A stretch of 64,000 bases of DNA, from positions 6,174 to 70,173 of the forward strand of contig JAPLYL010000001.1 in assembly GCA_026395595.1 (NCBI GenBank). Direction: 5' to 3'. Below the pieces are notes generated by a model. The model was not told where the DNA came from and did not search any database. It was given only the letters and a program-made list of their open reading frames with translations. The position numbers and the translations under genes are program-made. The DNA comes from Candidatus Parcubacteria bacterium (GTDB taxonomy: Bacteria > Patescibacteriota > Minisyncoccia > Phycocordibacterales > CAIJYI01). Positions 55,637-63,979 of the stretch are shown here, one piece after another (within the stretch, counting starts at the first letter, position 1; the number at the start of each line of letters is the position of its first letter).

Positions 55637-56185
55637 CTAAGTACTTGTGAGCACGAGGGACGGACAGTCTGCGCCCCGACCATTGCCGAGCCAGTAGTAG
55701 TACCAGTCCCAACGCCCGTCATCCCGGTACAGATACAGGGCACAGCGGCGGTCGCTCAGGCTGCGAAGAATCGTTCCTTGAAGTTCAAACCACGTAATTC
55801 CTTTTTCTTTGTAAAGATATTCGAGCTTTTTTTGACCTTCTTCTTCGTAAAGAACTTGACCAATCTTTGCATCAGCGAGAATGTGCCCCGCTCTTGCGTG
55901 ACGTTTGAGTTTTTCTTCGCCGGTGATGTAGGTTTCGCCGGATTTGAGACAAGTTTCAAAAGAAATTTTGTCAAAATCGATCTCGGTCAGAGCAAGCGAA
56001 CGTTGATCTTGTTGTTCTTCACCATTAAGACCATCGCCATCCACGGGACCTTTCCAAATAGACCAGCCGGAGCCGATGAATTTGGCGGGGTCGAATAGAG
56101 CGGTACGGCCAATAATGAGTATGTGATCTTGTTTTTCCAAGTTATCGGCAAGATTACGTAAAAATGCAATTACTGCTTTTTTCAT
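55637..56185 (-). CDS. Hypothetical protein (182 aa) in the rimM position of the rpsP-KH-trmD operon, without recognisable RimM motifs.
   Basis: ORF with a GC-rich, compositionally odd C-terminus (WDWYYYWLGNGRGADCPSLVLTST). Confidence 0.45.
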   Translation of the reverse strand: MKKAVIAFLRNLADNLEKQDHILIIGRTALFDPAKFIGSGWSIWKGPVDGDGLNGEEQQDQRSLALTEIDFDKISFETCLKSGETYITGEEKLKRHARAGHILADAKIGQVLYEEEGQKKLEYLYKEKGITWFELQGTILRSLSDRRCALYLYRDDGRWDWYYYWLGNGRGADCPSLVLTST

Positions 56186-56347
56186 TTCAATGTCCTCTAA
56201 AAATTTGGTTTGCTTTTTATTTTAAACACGGTGTTTAAAAAAACAGGTGTTATAACCGAAATTTAATTTATCATATTAAAGTCTATTTGTCAAACAAAAG
56301 CCACCCCCTTTCAAGAGTGGCTTTTGCAATTCAATATAATTTGAAAA

Positions 56348-56661
56348 TTAGAGTTTCAAATCTTCCAATGCGTCTTCAACGGATTGGGTAGCTGAGTGGG
56401 AGGCGGCACCTCTTGTGCTTCCGGCCGGCTCATTTACCTTCAAGGTAACGCGAGCGTGATTTTTCATTCCAACGACGCGAAGAAGGGATCTGATGGCTTG
56501 CGCCGTCTTTCCTCCGCGACCGATAATTTTGCCCATATCTGCCGGGTCAACATCGAGGATCAAAAGTACCCCCATTTCGTCAACGGTTCGGTTGATCTTT
56601 ACAGCAGACGGATTGTCTACCAAGCTTTTAACAACAAACTCAAGAAAATCATGATCTAAAT
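56348..56661 (-). CDS. KH-domain RNA-binding protein (YlqC/UPF0109-like).
   Basis: GKIIGRGGKTAQAIRSLL (GXXG KH loop). Start at ATG 56661 (MEKHLDHDF). It lies downstream of rpsP as in many bacteria. Confidence 0.8.
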
Positions 56662-56766
56662 GCTTTTCCATATTACTGATTCTTATCGTTTCTTTTAAAA
56701 GGACGTGTTGTCCTATTGTTAACGACAGGCGGTTGTCGACCAAAACAACCGCTTATCCTTGTGTTC

Positions 56767-56794
56767 AATTATACTCAGATTTTGTTAAAAGTCA
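56767..56794 (-). promoter_or_regulatory. Sigma-70 promoter on the minus strand (TTGACT, 16-nt spacer, TATAAT) for the KH-trmD transcription unit.
   Basis: Consensus hexamers read on the reverse complement of 56767-56794. Confidence 0.55.
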
Positions 56795-56796
56795 AC

Positions 56797-56830
56797 GCAA
56801 AAAAAGAGCCCACCCTGTGGATAGCTCTTT
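56797..56830 (-). terminator. Terminator for rpsP (hairpin AGAGC...GCTCT + T7 on the minus strand). The loop carries the DnaA-box variant TGTGGATAG.
   Basis: Hairpin preceded on the plus strand by AAAAAAA (56801-56807). Confidence 0.5.
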
Positions 56831-56848
56831 TATGAGGTTCTTTTTACT

Positions 56849-57151
56849 CTAGGCAGCCGCGGGGGTTTCCTTTCTGATGGGAGATTTCTTGGAAAGAACG
56901 TTTATTTTCTTTCCTGAGATAATCTTTGATGAAATAAGAAGATTATGGACGGTTCCAGACGGTTTTGCTCCTACTGACATCCAATAAGCTACTCGGTCGC
57001 CTTTAATGACGGGCTCTCCTTGGCGAGCATTGTAAGATCCGAGGATCTCTTTGAATTTATTGCTTCGCGTAGCATTTTTGGAATCGGTCAAAACTACCCG
57101 AAAAGAGGGGTCGTTCTTCCTTCCTACTCTCTGTAATCTAATTTTTAACAT
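56849..57151 (-). CDS. rpsP: 30S ribosomal protein S16.
   Basis: MLKIRLQRVGRKNDPSFRVVLTDSKNATR...GSYNA matches the bS16 signature. Start at ATG 57151. Confidence 0.9.
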   Translation of the reverse strand: MLKIRLQRVGRKNDPSFRVVLTDSKNATRSNKFKEILGSYNARQGEPVIKGDRVAYWMSVGAKPSGTVHNLLISSKIISGKKINVLSKKSPIRKETPAAA

Positions 57152-57274
57152 ACCGGTTATGTTAGCATAAAGAAATTCAAAGTCAATCCCGTATTTTACC
57201 ATCACTCTTGATTTTTTTCTGGAAGTATGCTAGAATGGTTCCAATATCGTTAATTACCTAATAATAAGCATTCT

Positions 57275-57859
57275 ATGAGAGATTTTCACAAAGACAACAA
57301 AGGAGGATTCGGCGGAGGAAGAAGCTTCGGCGGAGACAGAGGCGGATTCAGCGGAGGACGCGGAGGAAGAGATTCCGGTGGCCGTGGCGGATTCGGAGGA
57401 GGAAGAGACCGGGAAGACCGCGAAATGCATTCAGCAACCTGTGCGAAATGTGGAAAGTCTTGCCAAGTTCCCTTTCGCCCAACTGGCGACAAGCCGGTAT
57501 ATTGCAGCGATTGTTTCAAAAACAAGGACGGAGGAATGAGCCCTCGCAGAGATGAAGGAAGAAGCTTTGAAAGAAGCGAACAACCTTCATTCAACAGCCG
57601 ACCGTCTTTTGAAAACAAAGGTGCCGACAACAGAGAGGAATTCAGAGCTATCAACGACAAGCTTGAAAAGATTATGAAATTGCTCTCCAAAGATATGCCT
57701 GCTCCGACTCCTGCTCCTAAAGCAGACAAGCCGGAAGTAAAAGCAATGAAAGTTGCTGCAGTCGTAGAAGAGGCTATCGGAAAAAAGATTACCAAAAAGA
57801 AAGAAACGGTTAAAGAAATTGCCAAGCCTAAAAAAACAGCAAAAGCAAAGAAGAAATAA
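57275..57859 (+). CDS. Gly/Arg-rich (RGG-box-like) zinc-ribbon protein with a Lys-rich C-terminal tail; putative nucleic-acid-binding protein.
   Basis: N-terminal GGFGGGRSFGGDRGGFSGGRGGRDSGGRGGFGGGRDR. Zinc ribbon CAKCGKSCQVPFRPTGDKPVYCSDC (CxxC...CxxC). C-terminal KKITKKKETVKEIAKPKKTAKAKKK. Confidence 0.6.
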   Translation: MRDFHKDNKGGFGGGRSFGGDRGGFSGGRGGRDSGGRGGFGGGRDREDREMHSATCAKCGKSCQVPFRPTGDKPVYCSDCFKNKDGGMSPRRDEGRSFERSEQPSFNSRPSFENKGADNREEFRAINDKLEKIMKLLSKDMPAPTPAPKADKPEVKAMKVAAVVEEAIGKKITKKKETVKEIAKPKKTAKAKKK

Positions 57860-57888
57860 ACGAATAGAATAATAACAAAATAAAAAAA

Positions 57889-57925
57889 TAGAAAGATTAT
57901 TGCCACCGGCGTAATCTTTTTATTT
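57889..57925 (+). terminator. Rho-independent terminator (AGATTATTGCC acc GGCGTAATCT + T-rich).
   Basis: Hairpin followed by TTTTTATTTTTT. Confidence 0.55.
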
Positions 57926-58182
57926 TTTACTAGGCAACAAAAAAAAGCTTGCCTTAAGACAAACTATTTTTTTGTCTTTGTTTCGCGTATCAAAACGCGT
58001 TATGCGCCTGATATATCTGGAAACAAATTTGACCTCTTTTCCTAATTAGAAAAAAGAGAATGTAATGAAAGTACTCTGTTCTGTATTCAGTATACCTCAC
58101 GCAAAAGAGTGAAATCAAGAATGGTTTGTGGATAAAACGATTTTTCGTATACATAAAAGACTTTTTGTGTTACTCTATTTAC

Positions 58183-60132
58183 ATGAAAAATGAAAATGCT
58201 AACCACTTCGCAGAAGGAATGATCACGATTACCGCCAAAGGAATAGGCTATGTGAAAGTTGACGATTCCGAACAAGAAGATATTGAAATCGGACAAATGT
58301 TTTTGAACACCGCGCTTCACGGCGACCGCGTGCGGGTTTTTCTGCATCCGGAAAAAGAAGGCCAGCGGCAGACCGGCGAAGTGACCGAAATTCTTTTGCG
58401 CGGAAAAATGACGTTTATCGGAAAAATTGAAAGAAAAGGAAATCTTGTTTTTCTCGTTGCCGATGACCGCCATATGTATACCGATATCTATATTCCCCAC
58501 GAAAAATCACAAGACGCCCAGAATGGACAAAAAGCTTTCGTCAGGATCATTGACTGGACCAATCCGAAGAAAAATCCGTCCGGAGAGGTTATAAAAGTCA
58601 TCGGAAATCCGGGAGAACACGAAACGGAAATTGAGGCGATTATCTTGGAAAAAGGTTTTGAACTCGGTTTTACTCCTGAAGTTTTGGCGAACGCGGAAAG
58701 TATCAGCGGGATAATTACCGCGGAAGAAATCGCAAAAAGAAGAGATATGAGGGCTATTACGACTTTCACGATTGATCCGTTTGACGCCAAAGACTTTGAC
58801 GACGCCATTTCTTTTGAAACTCTGCCGAATGGCGACTATGAAATCGGCGTGCATATCGCCGACGTTTCTCATTTTGTCACTCCGGGCACAGCACTAGACA
58901 AAGAAGCGCGGCTCCGCGGAACTTCCGTCTATCTCGTTGACCGATGTATCCCCATGCTTCCCGAACGTCTTTCCAACGACCTCTGCAGTTTAAAACCGAA
59001 CGAAGACCGTCTGGCTTTTTCCGCTATTTTTACCGTGGACAAAAATTGCGTCAAAGAAGGAACGCATGTTGAAGTGAAAAAACAGTGGTTCGGAAAAACC
59101 GTCATCCATTCTGACCGCCGTTTTACTTACGAAGAAGCGCAGGAAGTTTTGGAAGGAAAACAGGGTGGTTATCCGGAAGAACTGCTCGCCCTGAACGCCA
59201 TCGCAAAAAACATGACGAAGGCTCGCTACCAAGAAGGAGCCATCTCTTTTGAACAGGACGAAATAAAGATTATTTTGGATGAAAATGGCGTACCCGTAAA
59301 GATTATCAAGAAACAGAGAAAGGACGCTCACAAGCTCGTGGAAGAGTTCATGTTGCTCGCAAATAAAAAAGTGGCGGAATATATCGCGCATATCGGAAAA
59401 GCGGAAGAAAAATTGTTCGTCTATCGTATCCATAACGAGCCGGACAAAGAACGCATCAGAACGCTCGCGGTATTTTTAAAAACGCTCGGCTTCACTCTGA
59501 AATTGGACGAAAACGGAGGAGTTTCCACCAGAGACTTGAATGATATTTTAAGCGCGACCGAAGGCGGGCCTTTTCACAACCTCGTACATACCTCGGCGCT
59601 CCGCACGATGTCCAAGGCTATTTATTCTACCAAAAATGTCGGACACTACGGTCTCGGTTTTGAACATTACACGCACTTCACTTCCCCGATACGAAGATAC
59701 CCGGACGTTCTTTCTCACCGCCTGCTTTTCGCGCATCTCAAACAAGAAGAAATTCCCGATTCCGCGTGGCATGATTATGAAGCGATGCTCGTCTACGCGA
59801 CGGAACGCGAGATATTCGCTACAGACGCCGAACGCGCTTCCATCAAATGGAAACAAGTGCAGTATATGGAGACCAAAGTCGGACAAGAATTTGAAGCGAC
59901 TATCACGGGCGTTACCGAATGGGGCATTTACGTAGAAGAAAAAGAAACTCGTTCCGACGGAATGATCCGCATGAGAGATCTTTCCGACGACTTCTATATT
60001 TTGGACGAAAAGAATTACTGTCTTATCGGCAAAAACAAGAAGAAGAAGTACGCCCTCGGTGATGTACTGAAAGTGAAGCTCACCAAAGCGAATGTTGAAG
60101 ATCGGCAATTAGACTTCGCTGTTATTTCATAA
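58183..60132 (+). CDS. rnr: Ribonuclease R (RNB-family 3'-5' exoribonuclease with a C-terminal S1 domain).
   Basis: Cold-shock-like N-terminus, the RNB catalytic region (ITFTIDPFDAKDFDDAISFE) and a C-terminal S1. ATG at 58183 (MKNENANHF); the ORF-track start at 58126 is an alternative codon. Confidence 0.9.
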   Translation: MKNENANHFAEGMITITAKGIGYVKVDDSEQEDIEIGQMFLNTALHGDRVRVFLHPEKEGQRQTGEVTEILLRGKMTFIGKIERKGNLVFLVADDRHMYTDIYIPHEKSQDAQNGQKAFVRIIDWTNPKKNPSGEVIKVIGNPGEHETEIEAIILEKGFELGFTPEVLANAESISGIITAEEIAKRRDMRAITTFTIDPFDAKDFDDAISFETLPNGDYEIGVHIADVSHFVTPGTALDKEARLRGTSVYLVDRCIPMLPERLSNDLCSLKPNEDRLAFSAIFTVDKNCVKEGTHVEVKKQWFGKTVIHSDRRFTYEEAQEVLEGKQGGYPEELLALNAIAKNMTKARYQEGAISFEQDEIKIILDENGVPVKIIKKQRKDAHKLVEEFMLLANKKVAEYIAHIGKAEEKLFVYRIHNEPDKERIRTLAVFLKTLGFTLKLDENGGVSTRDLNDILSATEGGPFHNLVHTSALRTMSKAIYSTKNVGHYGLGFEHYTHFTSPIRRYPDVLSHRLLFAHLKQEEIPDSAWHDYEAMLVYATEREIFATDAERASIKWKQVQYMETKVGQEFEATITGVTEWGIYVEEKETRSDGMIRMRDLSDDFYILDEKNYCLIGKNKKKKYALGDVLKVKLTKANVEDRQLDFAVIS

Positions 60133-60138
60133 AACTTC

Positions 60139-60215
60139 CGTCATTCCGGACGAGATCCGGAATCCATAAGTTCGAGCACCCGCCCTGGATCCCGGGTCGC
60201 GGCCCGGGATGACGA
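60139..60215 (+). repeat. E-element copy 2 (CGTCAT | TCCGGA-cgaga-TCCGGA | AT | CCA-taag...-TGG | AT | CCCGGG-tcgcgg-CCCGGG | ATGACGA), 7 nt after the rnr stop.
   Basis: Same architecture and junction nucleotides as the copies at 12062 and 15533. The stems differ but remain complementary. Confidence 0.6.
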
Positions 60216-60258
60216 ATGTAGTGTTATTTGGGAAATAAATAATAACCGATTTTAGTTT

Positions 60259-60777
60259 ATGAAAGAAGAAAACAAAGAAGCAAAAATAACATCTCCGTTG
60301 GAAGAAGCTTCCATAAAAGCAACACAATGGATAGGCACTCCTTTTTCTCTCGTGGTTCATACGGTATTTTTCATCGGAATTTTTTTCCTGAAAAATTTCG
60401 GATTTTCTACCGAAGAGATACTTCTTATTTTAACCACCGCCGTATCTCTGGAAGCAATATATTTGGCTATTTTCATTCAGATGACCATTAACAGGCAAGA
60501 AGCAAAACTCCACGAAGTCCGTGAAGACATTGAAGAACTCGGCGAGGATGTTGAAGAAATCGGAAAAGACGTTGATGAACTATCCGAAGACGTTGAAGAG
60601 ATAGGAAAAGACGTTGATGAACTCGGCGAAGACTTTGAAGAGATAACGGAAGACATGGAAGAAGATGAGAAAAAAGAGGAAGCCTATCGTTCCGAAAGAA
60701 ACAAAAATCTGCAAAAAATAGAAACCACTCTGCAGTCGCTGATTATAGAGTTGGAAAAAATGAAAGAGAAGAAATAG
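60259..60777 (+). CDS. Membrane protein with two TM helices and an acidic coiled-coil tail containing a tandem 13-aa (39-nt) repeat EDVEEIGKDVDEL (DUF1003-like architecture).
   Basis: 172 aa. The TM helices are VVHTVFFIGIFFL and LLILTTAVSLEAIYLAIFIQ, followed by two exact repeat copies. Confidence 0.5.
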   Translation: MKEENKEAKITSPLEEASIKATQWIGTPFSLVVHTVFFIGIFFLKNFGFSTEEILLILTTAVSLEAIYLAIFIQMTINRQEAKLHEVREDIEELGEDVEEIGKDVDELSEDVEEIGKDVDELGEDFEEITEDMEEDEKKEEAYRSERNKNLQKIETTLQSLIIELEKMKEKK

Positions 60778-60793
60778 ATAACAAACAACAAAA

Positions 60794-60830
60794 AAAACAC
60801 TTGGCGGTTTCACCGCCAAGTGTTTTTTTG
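60794..60830. terminator. Bidirectional terminator (AACACTTGGCGG tttca CCGCCAAGTGTT + T7).
   Basis: A perfect 12-bp stem flanked by A- and T-runs. Confidence 0.7.
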
Positions 60831-61199
60831 TTACCCCATTGAAATCAATTCTTTGAGTTTTTCGTCTGCAACGCCATTCATTTGCAGATGCTTCGGAAAA
60901 ATACCGTCGTTTTCAATATCATTACTTTGCACCGGCAAAATATAAACATTTCCGCTTTCTGGATTTTTCCCGAGAACGACTTTTACCCCTTCTTTTTTAC
61001 ATCTTTCTATTATCTCGTCTATTGGCGTGGCAAAACCGGGAAATTCTTCTTCATCCGCTTTTAATCTTGCATACGCTTCGGTGTTAATTCCCGGAAAAGA
61101 AAAACTTTCCTGATTTTGACTCAATTCAAGAGCAAGAGAAATTTTCTTCTGTTTTTTCTCTTCTTCAGGGCTCGTCATTTTTGGGGCAAATTCCATCAT
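60831..61199 (-). CDS. Hypothetical acidic protein (122 aa).
   Basis: ORF between the terminator and the coiled-coil paralog gene. Confidence 0.45.
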   Translation of the reverse strand: MMEFAPKMTSPEEEKKQKKISLALELSQNQESFSFPGINTEAYARLKADEEEFPGFATPIDEIIERCKKEGVKVVLGKNPESGNVYILPVQSNDIENDGIFPKHLQMNGVADEKLKELISMG

Positions 61200-61212
61200 A
61201 AAAAATTTTACA

Positions 61213-61569
61213 TTATTGTTTTTCTAATATCTCCACCCGACGGACAATCCCGTTAAATTCATTTCGGTGTACGGTTTCATCAAGACTTAAAACGGTACCG
61301 AGTTGTTTTTTATCAATAGAAGCAAGCCTGCGGTTGGTTTCTTTTTGTTCTTCCTCTATCGAGTAAACTCTTTGCTTGATGAAAGAAACGTCATCTTTTA
61401 ATGAAGAAACGTCGCCTTTTAGTAAAGAAACGTCGCTCTTCAACGAAGAAACGTCGCCCTTGACTGAGGATATTTCCGACTCTATTTTTTCAAATCCGTT
61501 CATGGTAAATACAGCGAGCTTTTCAATAAGCTCCCCAAGTTTTTCCAACGTCATTTTTTCCTTTTTCAT
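61213..61569 (-). CDS. Small coiled-coil protein with 7-aa tandem repeats (DVSSLKG-like, ~4 copies). Paralog of 51893..52204.
   Basis: Shares conserved N- and C-terminal blocks with its paralog. The middle region is encoded by 21-nt tandem repeats (GAAGAAACGTCGCC...). Confidence 0.6.
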   Translation of the reverse strand: MKKEKMTLEKLGELIEKLAVFTMNGFEKIESEISSVKGDVSSLKSDVSLLKGDVSSLKDDVSFIKQRVYSIEEEQKETNRRLASIDKKQLGTVLSLDETVHRNEFNGIVRRVEILEKQ

Positions 61570-61608
61570 GAATATATTTTATCTTAGGGTCTGTTAAAAA
61601 GCAAAAGC

Positions 61609-63894
61609 TTACCGCGCCATCATTCCTTCGGCGTCTTCAAATTTTATGGAGAGGATTTTTGAGATGCAGTCTATTCCGACGGTTACGCCGTAGATGATGC
61701 CGGCGTGAGACATGGTTTCGCGATTATGCGTAATAATGGCGAGCTGAGAAGTTTTGGAAAGCGTTTCTAGCATCATGCCGTATTTTTTGGAATTGGACTC
61801 ATCAAGAGCAGCATCGGTTTCATCAAGCACCAAGAACGGCGGCGGATTGACCTGTGAGACGGAAAAAAGCAGAGCAATGGAAGTAAGAGTCCTTTCGCCC
61901 CCCGACAACATCTGAATGCCCCGCAGGCGTTTGTGCGGCAAAGAGATGTTTATTTCCAAACCTTCCTCTTCGTCTTCCTCGGGGACTGTTTCTTCTGTTG
62001 CCATTTCAAGACTTGCATCGCTTTCCTCTGTTTTTTTCTTTTTCGGAGGGAGTACCGTTTTGAGAGAGGCCGTACCTCCGCCGAACAGCACCGTGAAAAA
62101 TTCTTGGAATTGTTTGTTTATCTTTTCCAACCCATCTTTGAATTCCGTCGTCAGTTTTTCCGAGAGTTCAAAGATAAGCTGGTGCAAAGATTCGGCGCTT
62201 TTTTCTAAATCGGTCAGTTCGCGGTCAAGAAAAGCATCGCGGTCAATCACCTCTTCATATTCTTTGAGTACGTCTTCTCCTCCGCCAACACCGAGTTCCT
62301 CAATGCGGATCTTCATGCGTTCCACATTTTTTTTGCGATTACGCTGAACTTCCCGGTCTTCAGTAAAAACTTCTTCTTTATTTATTTCCACTTTTCCGTA
62401 ATCCAAAATTTGAGAACCGACCAGAATGCCCGCCTCGCCGAGTTCGCTTTTGAAATCCTGTTCTTCTCTTTCAATCTCAAAATAGCGGGAACGGCAAGAA
62501 TTTACTTTCAAAGCCGCTTCGCTTCTTTTGGACATCATGCTGAAAAGTTCGCGTTCAATATCGCGGGTCGCATCTTTTTCTTTTTCGGCAGAGGCTTTCA
62601 TGGAGGAATACAACGAATGAACTCTTCTTTCTTCTTCGTGAAGCGCATGCATTTCCCTCTCCACACTCTCTTTTTCTTCTCGCCGTTTCAAAAGTTCCGC
62701 TTCGCTTTCTTTGAGTCCATCGTCTTCAACAACAAGCCGTTCTTCTTTTGAAGCGGATTGATCTATAAATCCGCGAAGCAAATTTTTAATACCGCCGAGC
62801 AATTCTTTCATTTTACCGACATCGTCCAAAGAATAGGCATTCTCAATCATTTCGTTCGCCATCTGTACCATCTCGCGAACACGGGAAAGCGATACGGGAA
62901 TATCTTTTATTTCCGCGTTATTTTTTCGTTCTTTTTCTCTGGCAATACGGCGAACCTCCGATTCTATCATTCCCTCCAGTCTTCCCAAAGCACGAGAGAA
63001 TTCGTCTTTTTTGTTCCGCACGGAACGAATATCGGCTTCCAGTTTCAAAATCTCCCCGGAGAATTGGCTTTCTTTCCCGTCCACAGAAATGGTTTCTCTT
63101 GCTTTTTGTATTTGTTCGTCCAGAATACGAAGCTCTTCTTTCGGGCCTTTCATTTCTTCTTCATTCGTTTTTTTCTGATGTTCCAAATATAGCTCCTCCC
63201 TTTTCAGATATTCCGCGTATACGCCGGCGAGTTCATCTCGCAGTTTTTTCACGCGTTCAATTCTCTCCACTTGTTTTTTCAAAAAGGAAATACGCGGGGC
63301 CAACTCTTTGCGCAAAAGTGAAATTTCCCGGACGTTTTCTTCCGTCTTTTTCAGTTTCCGTTCGCTCTCACTAATTTTGTATTGATAGATGCGCAACCCC
63401 AGCGCGTCTTCTATCATAATGCGACGATCTTTAATGGAAGCAAAAAGGAATCGGTCGGTTTCTCCTTGTGAAATAATATGATGGGCGGAAGAACCAATAT
63501 GCGCGACAGAGAGAAGCTCAACCACATCTTTCAAACGCACGGTCGTGCCATTTATTGAGTATTCATTTGTACCGTCACGAAAGACTTGCCGTCCGATGGT
63601 TACTTCGTCGTAATCAATATCAAAAATCCGGTCTTTGTTGTCAAAAGCAATTAAAACAGTGGCTTGATTTGTGCGACCCAAAACCTTGGAACCGTTCCAA
63701 ATGAGATCTTCTCCTCGTTTGCCACGCATTGATTTTATGGATTGTTCACCCAGAACAAAACGCATCGCTTCCGCAACGTTGGATTTACCCGAACCGTTCG
63801 GCCCGACAATAGCAGTAATGGGAGCACTGAAATCCAGCACTGTTTTCTTCGCAAACGATTTAAACCCCGTAATCTCAATTCGTTTTAATCTCAT
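61609..63894 (-). CDS. smc: SMC-family chromosome-partition ATPase, short (761 aa) form without an obvious hinge domain.
   Basis: N-terminus MRLKRIEITGFKSFAKKTVLDFSAPITAIVGPNGSGKSNVAEAMRFVLGEQS. C-terminal signature LSGGERTLTSIALLFSV...LVLDETDAALDESN (Walker B) and the D-loop. Confidence 0.75.
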   Translation of the reverse strand: MRLKRIEITGFKSFAKKTVLDFSAPITAIVGPNGSGKSNVAEAMRFVLGEQSIKSMRGKRGEDLIWNGSKVLGRTNQATVLIAFDNKDRIFDIDYDEVTIGRQVFRDGTNEYSINGTTVRLKDVVELLSVAHIGSSAHHIISQGETDRFLFASIKDRRIMIEDALGLRIYQYKISESERKLKKTEENVREISLLRKELAPRISFLKKQVERIERVKKLRDELAGVYAEYLKREELYLEHQKKTNEEEMKGPKEELRILDEQIQKARETISVDGKESQFSGEILKLEADIRSVRNKKDEFSRALGRLEGMIESEVRRIAREKERKNNAEIKDIPVSLSRVREMVQMANEMIENAYSLDDVGKMKELLGGIKNLLRGFIDQSASKEERLVVEDDGLKESEAELLKRREEKESVEREMHALHEEERRVHSLYSSMKASAEKEKDATRDIERELFSMMSKRSEAALKVNSCRSRYFEIEREEQDFKSELGEAGILVGSQILDYGKVEINKEEVFTEDREVQRNRKKNVERMKIRIEELGVGGGEDVLKEYEEVIDRDAFLDRELTDLEKSAESLHQLIFELSEKLTTEFKDGLEKINKQFQEFFTVLFGGGTASLKTVLPPKKKKTEESDASLEMATEETVPEEDEEEGLEINISLPHKRLRGIQMLSGGERTLTSIALLFSVSQVNPPPFLVLDETDAALDESNSKKYGMMLETLSKTSQLAIITHNRETMSHAGIIYGVTVGIDCISKILSIKFEDAEGMMAR

Positions 63895-63941
63895 TGATAT
63901 TATTTTACAATCTTTGAAACATTTTTACAAAGCAAAACACC

Positions 63942-63979
63942 ATGTTGTAAATTCTAGCATATGCTAGAATTTACAACAT
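63942..63979. promoter_or_regulatory. Perfect 38-bp palindrome ATGTTGTAAATTCTAGCAT|ATGCTAGAATTTACAACAT about 50 nt upstream of the smc start; candidate operator.
   Basis: Exact reverse-complement symmetry read from the sequence. Confidence 0.6.
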
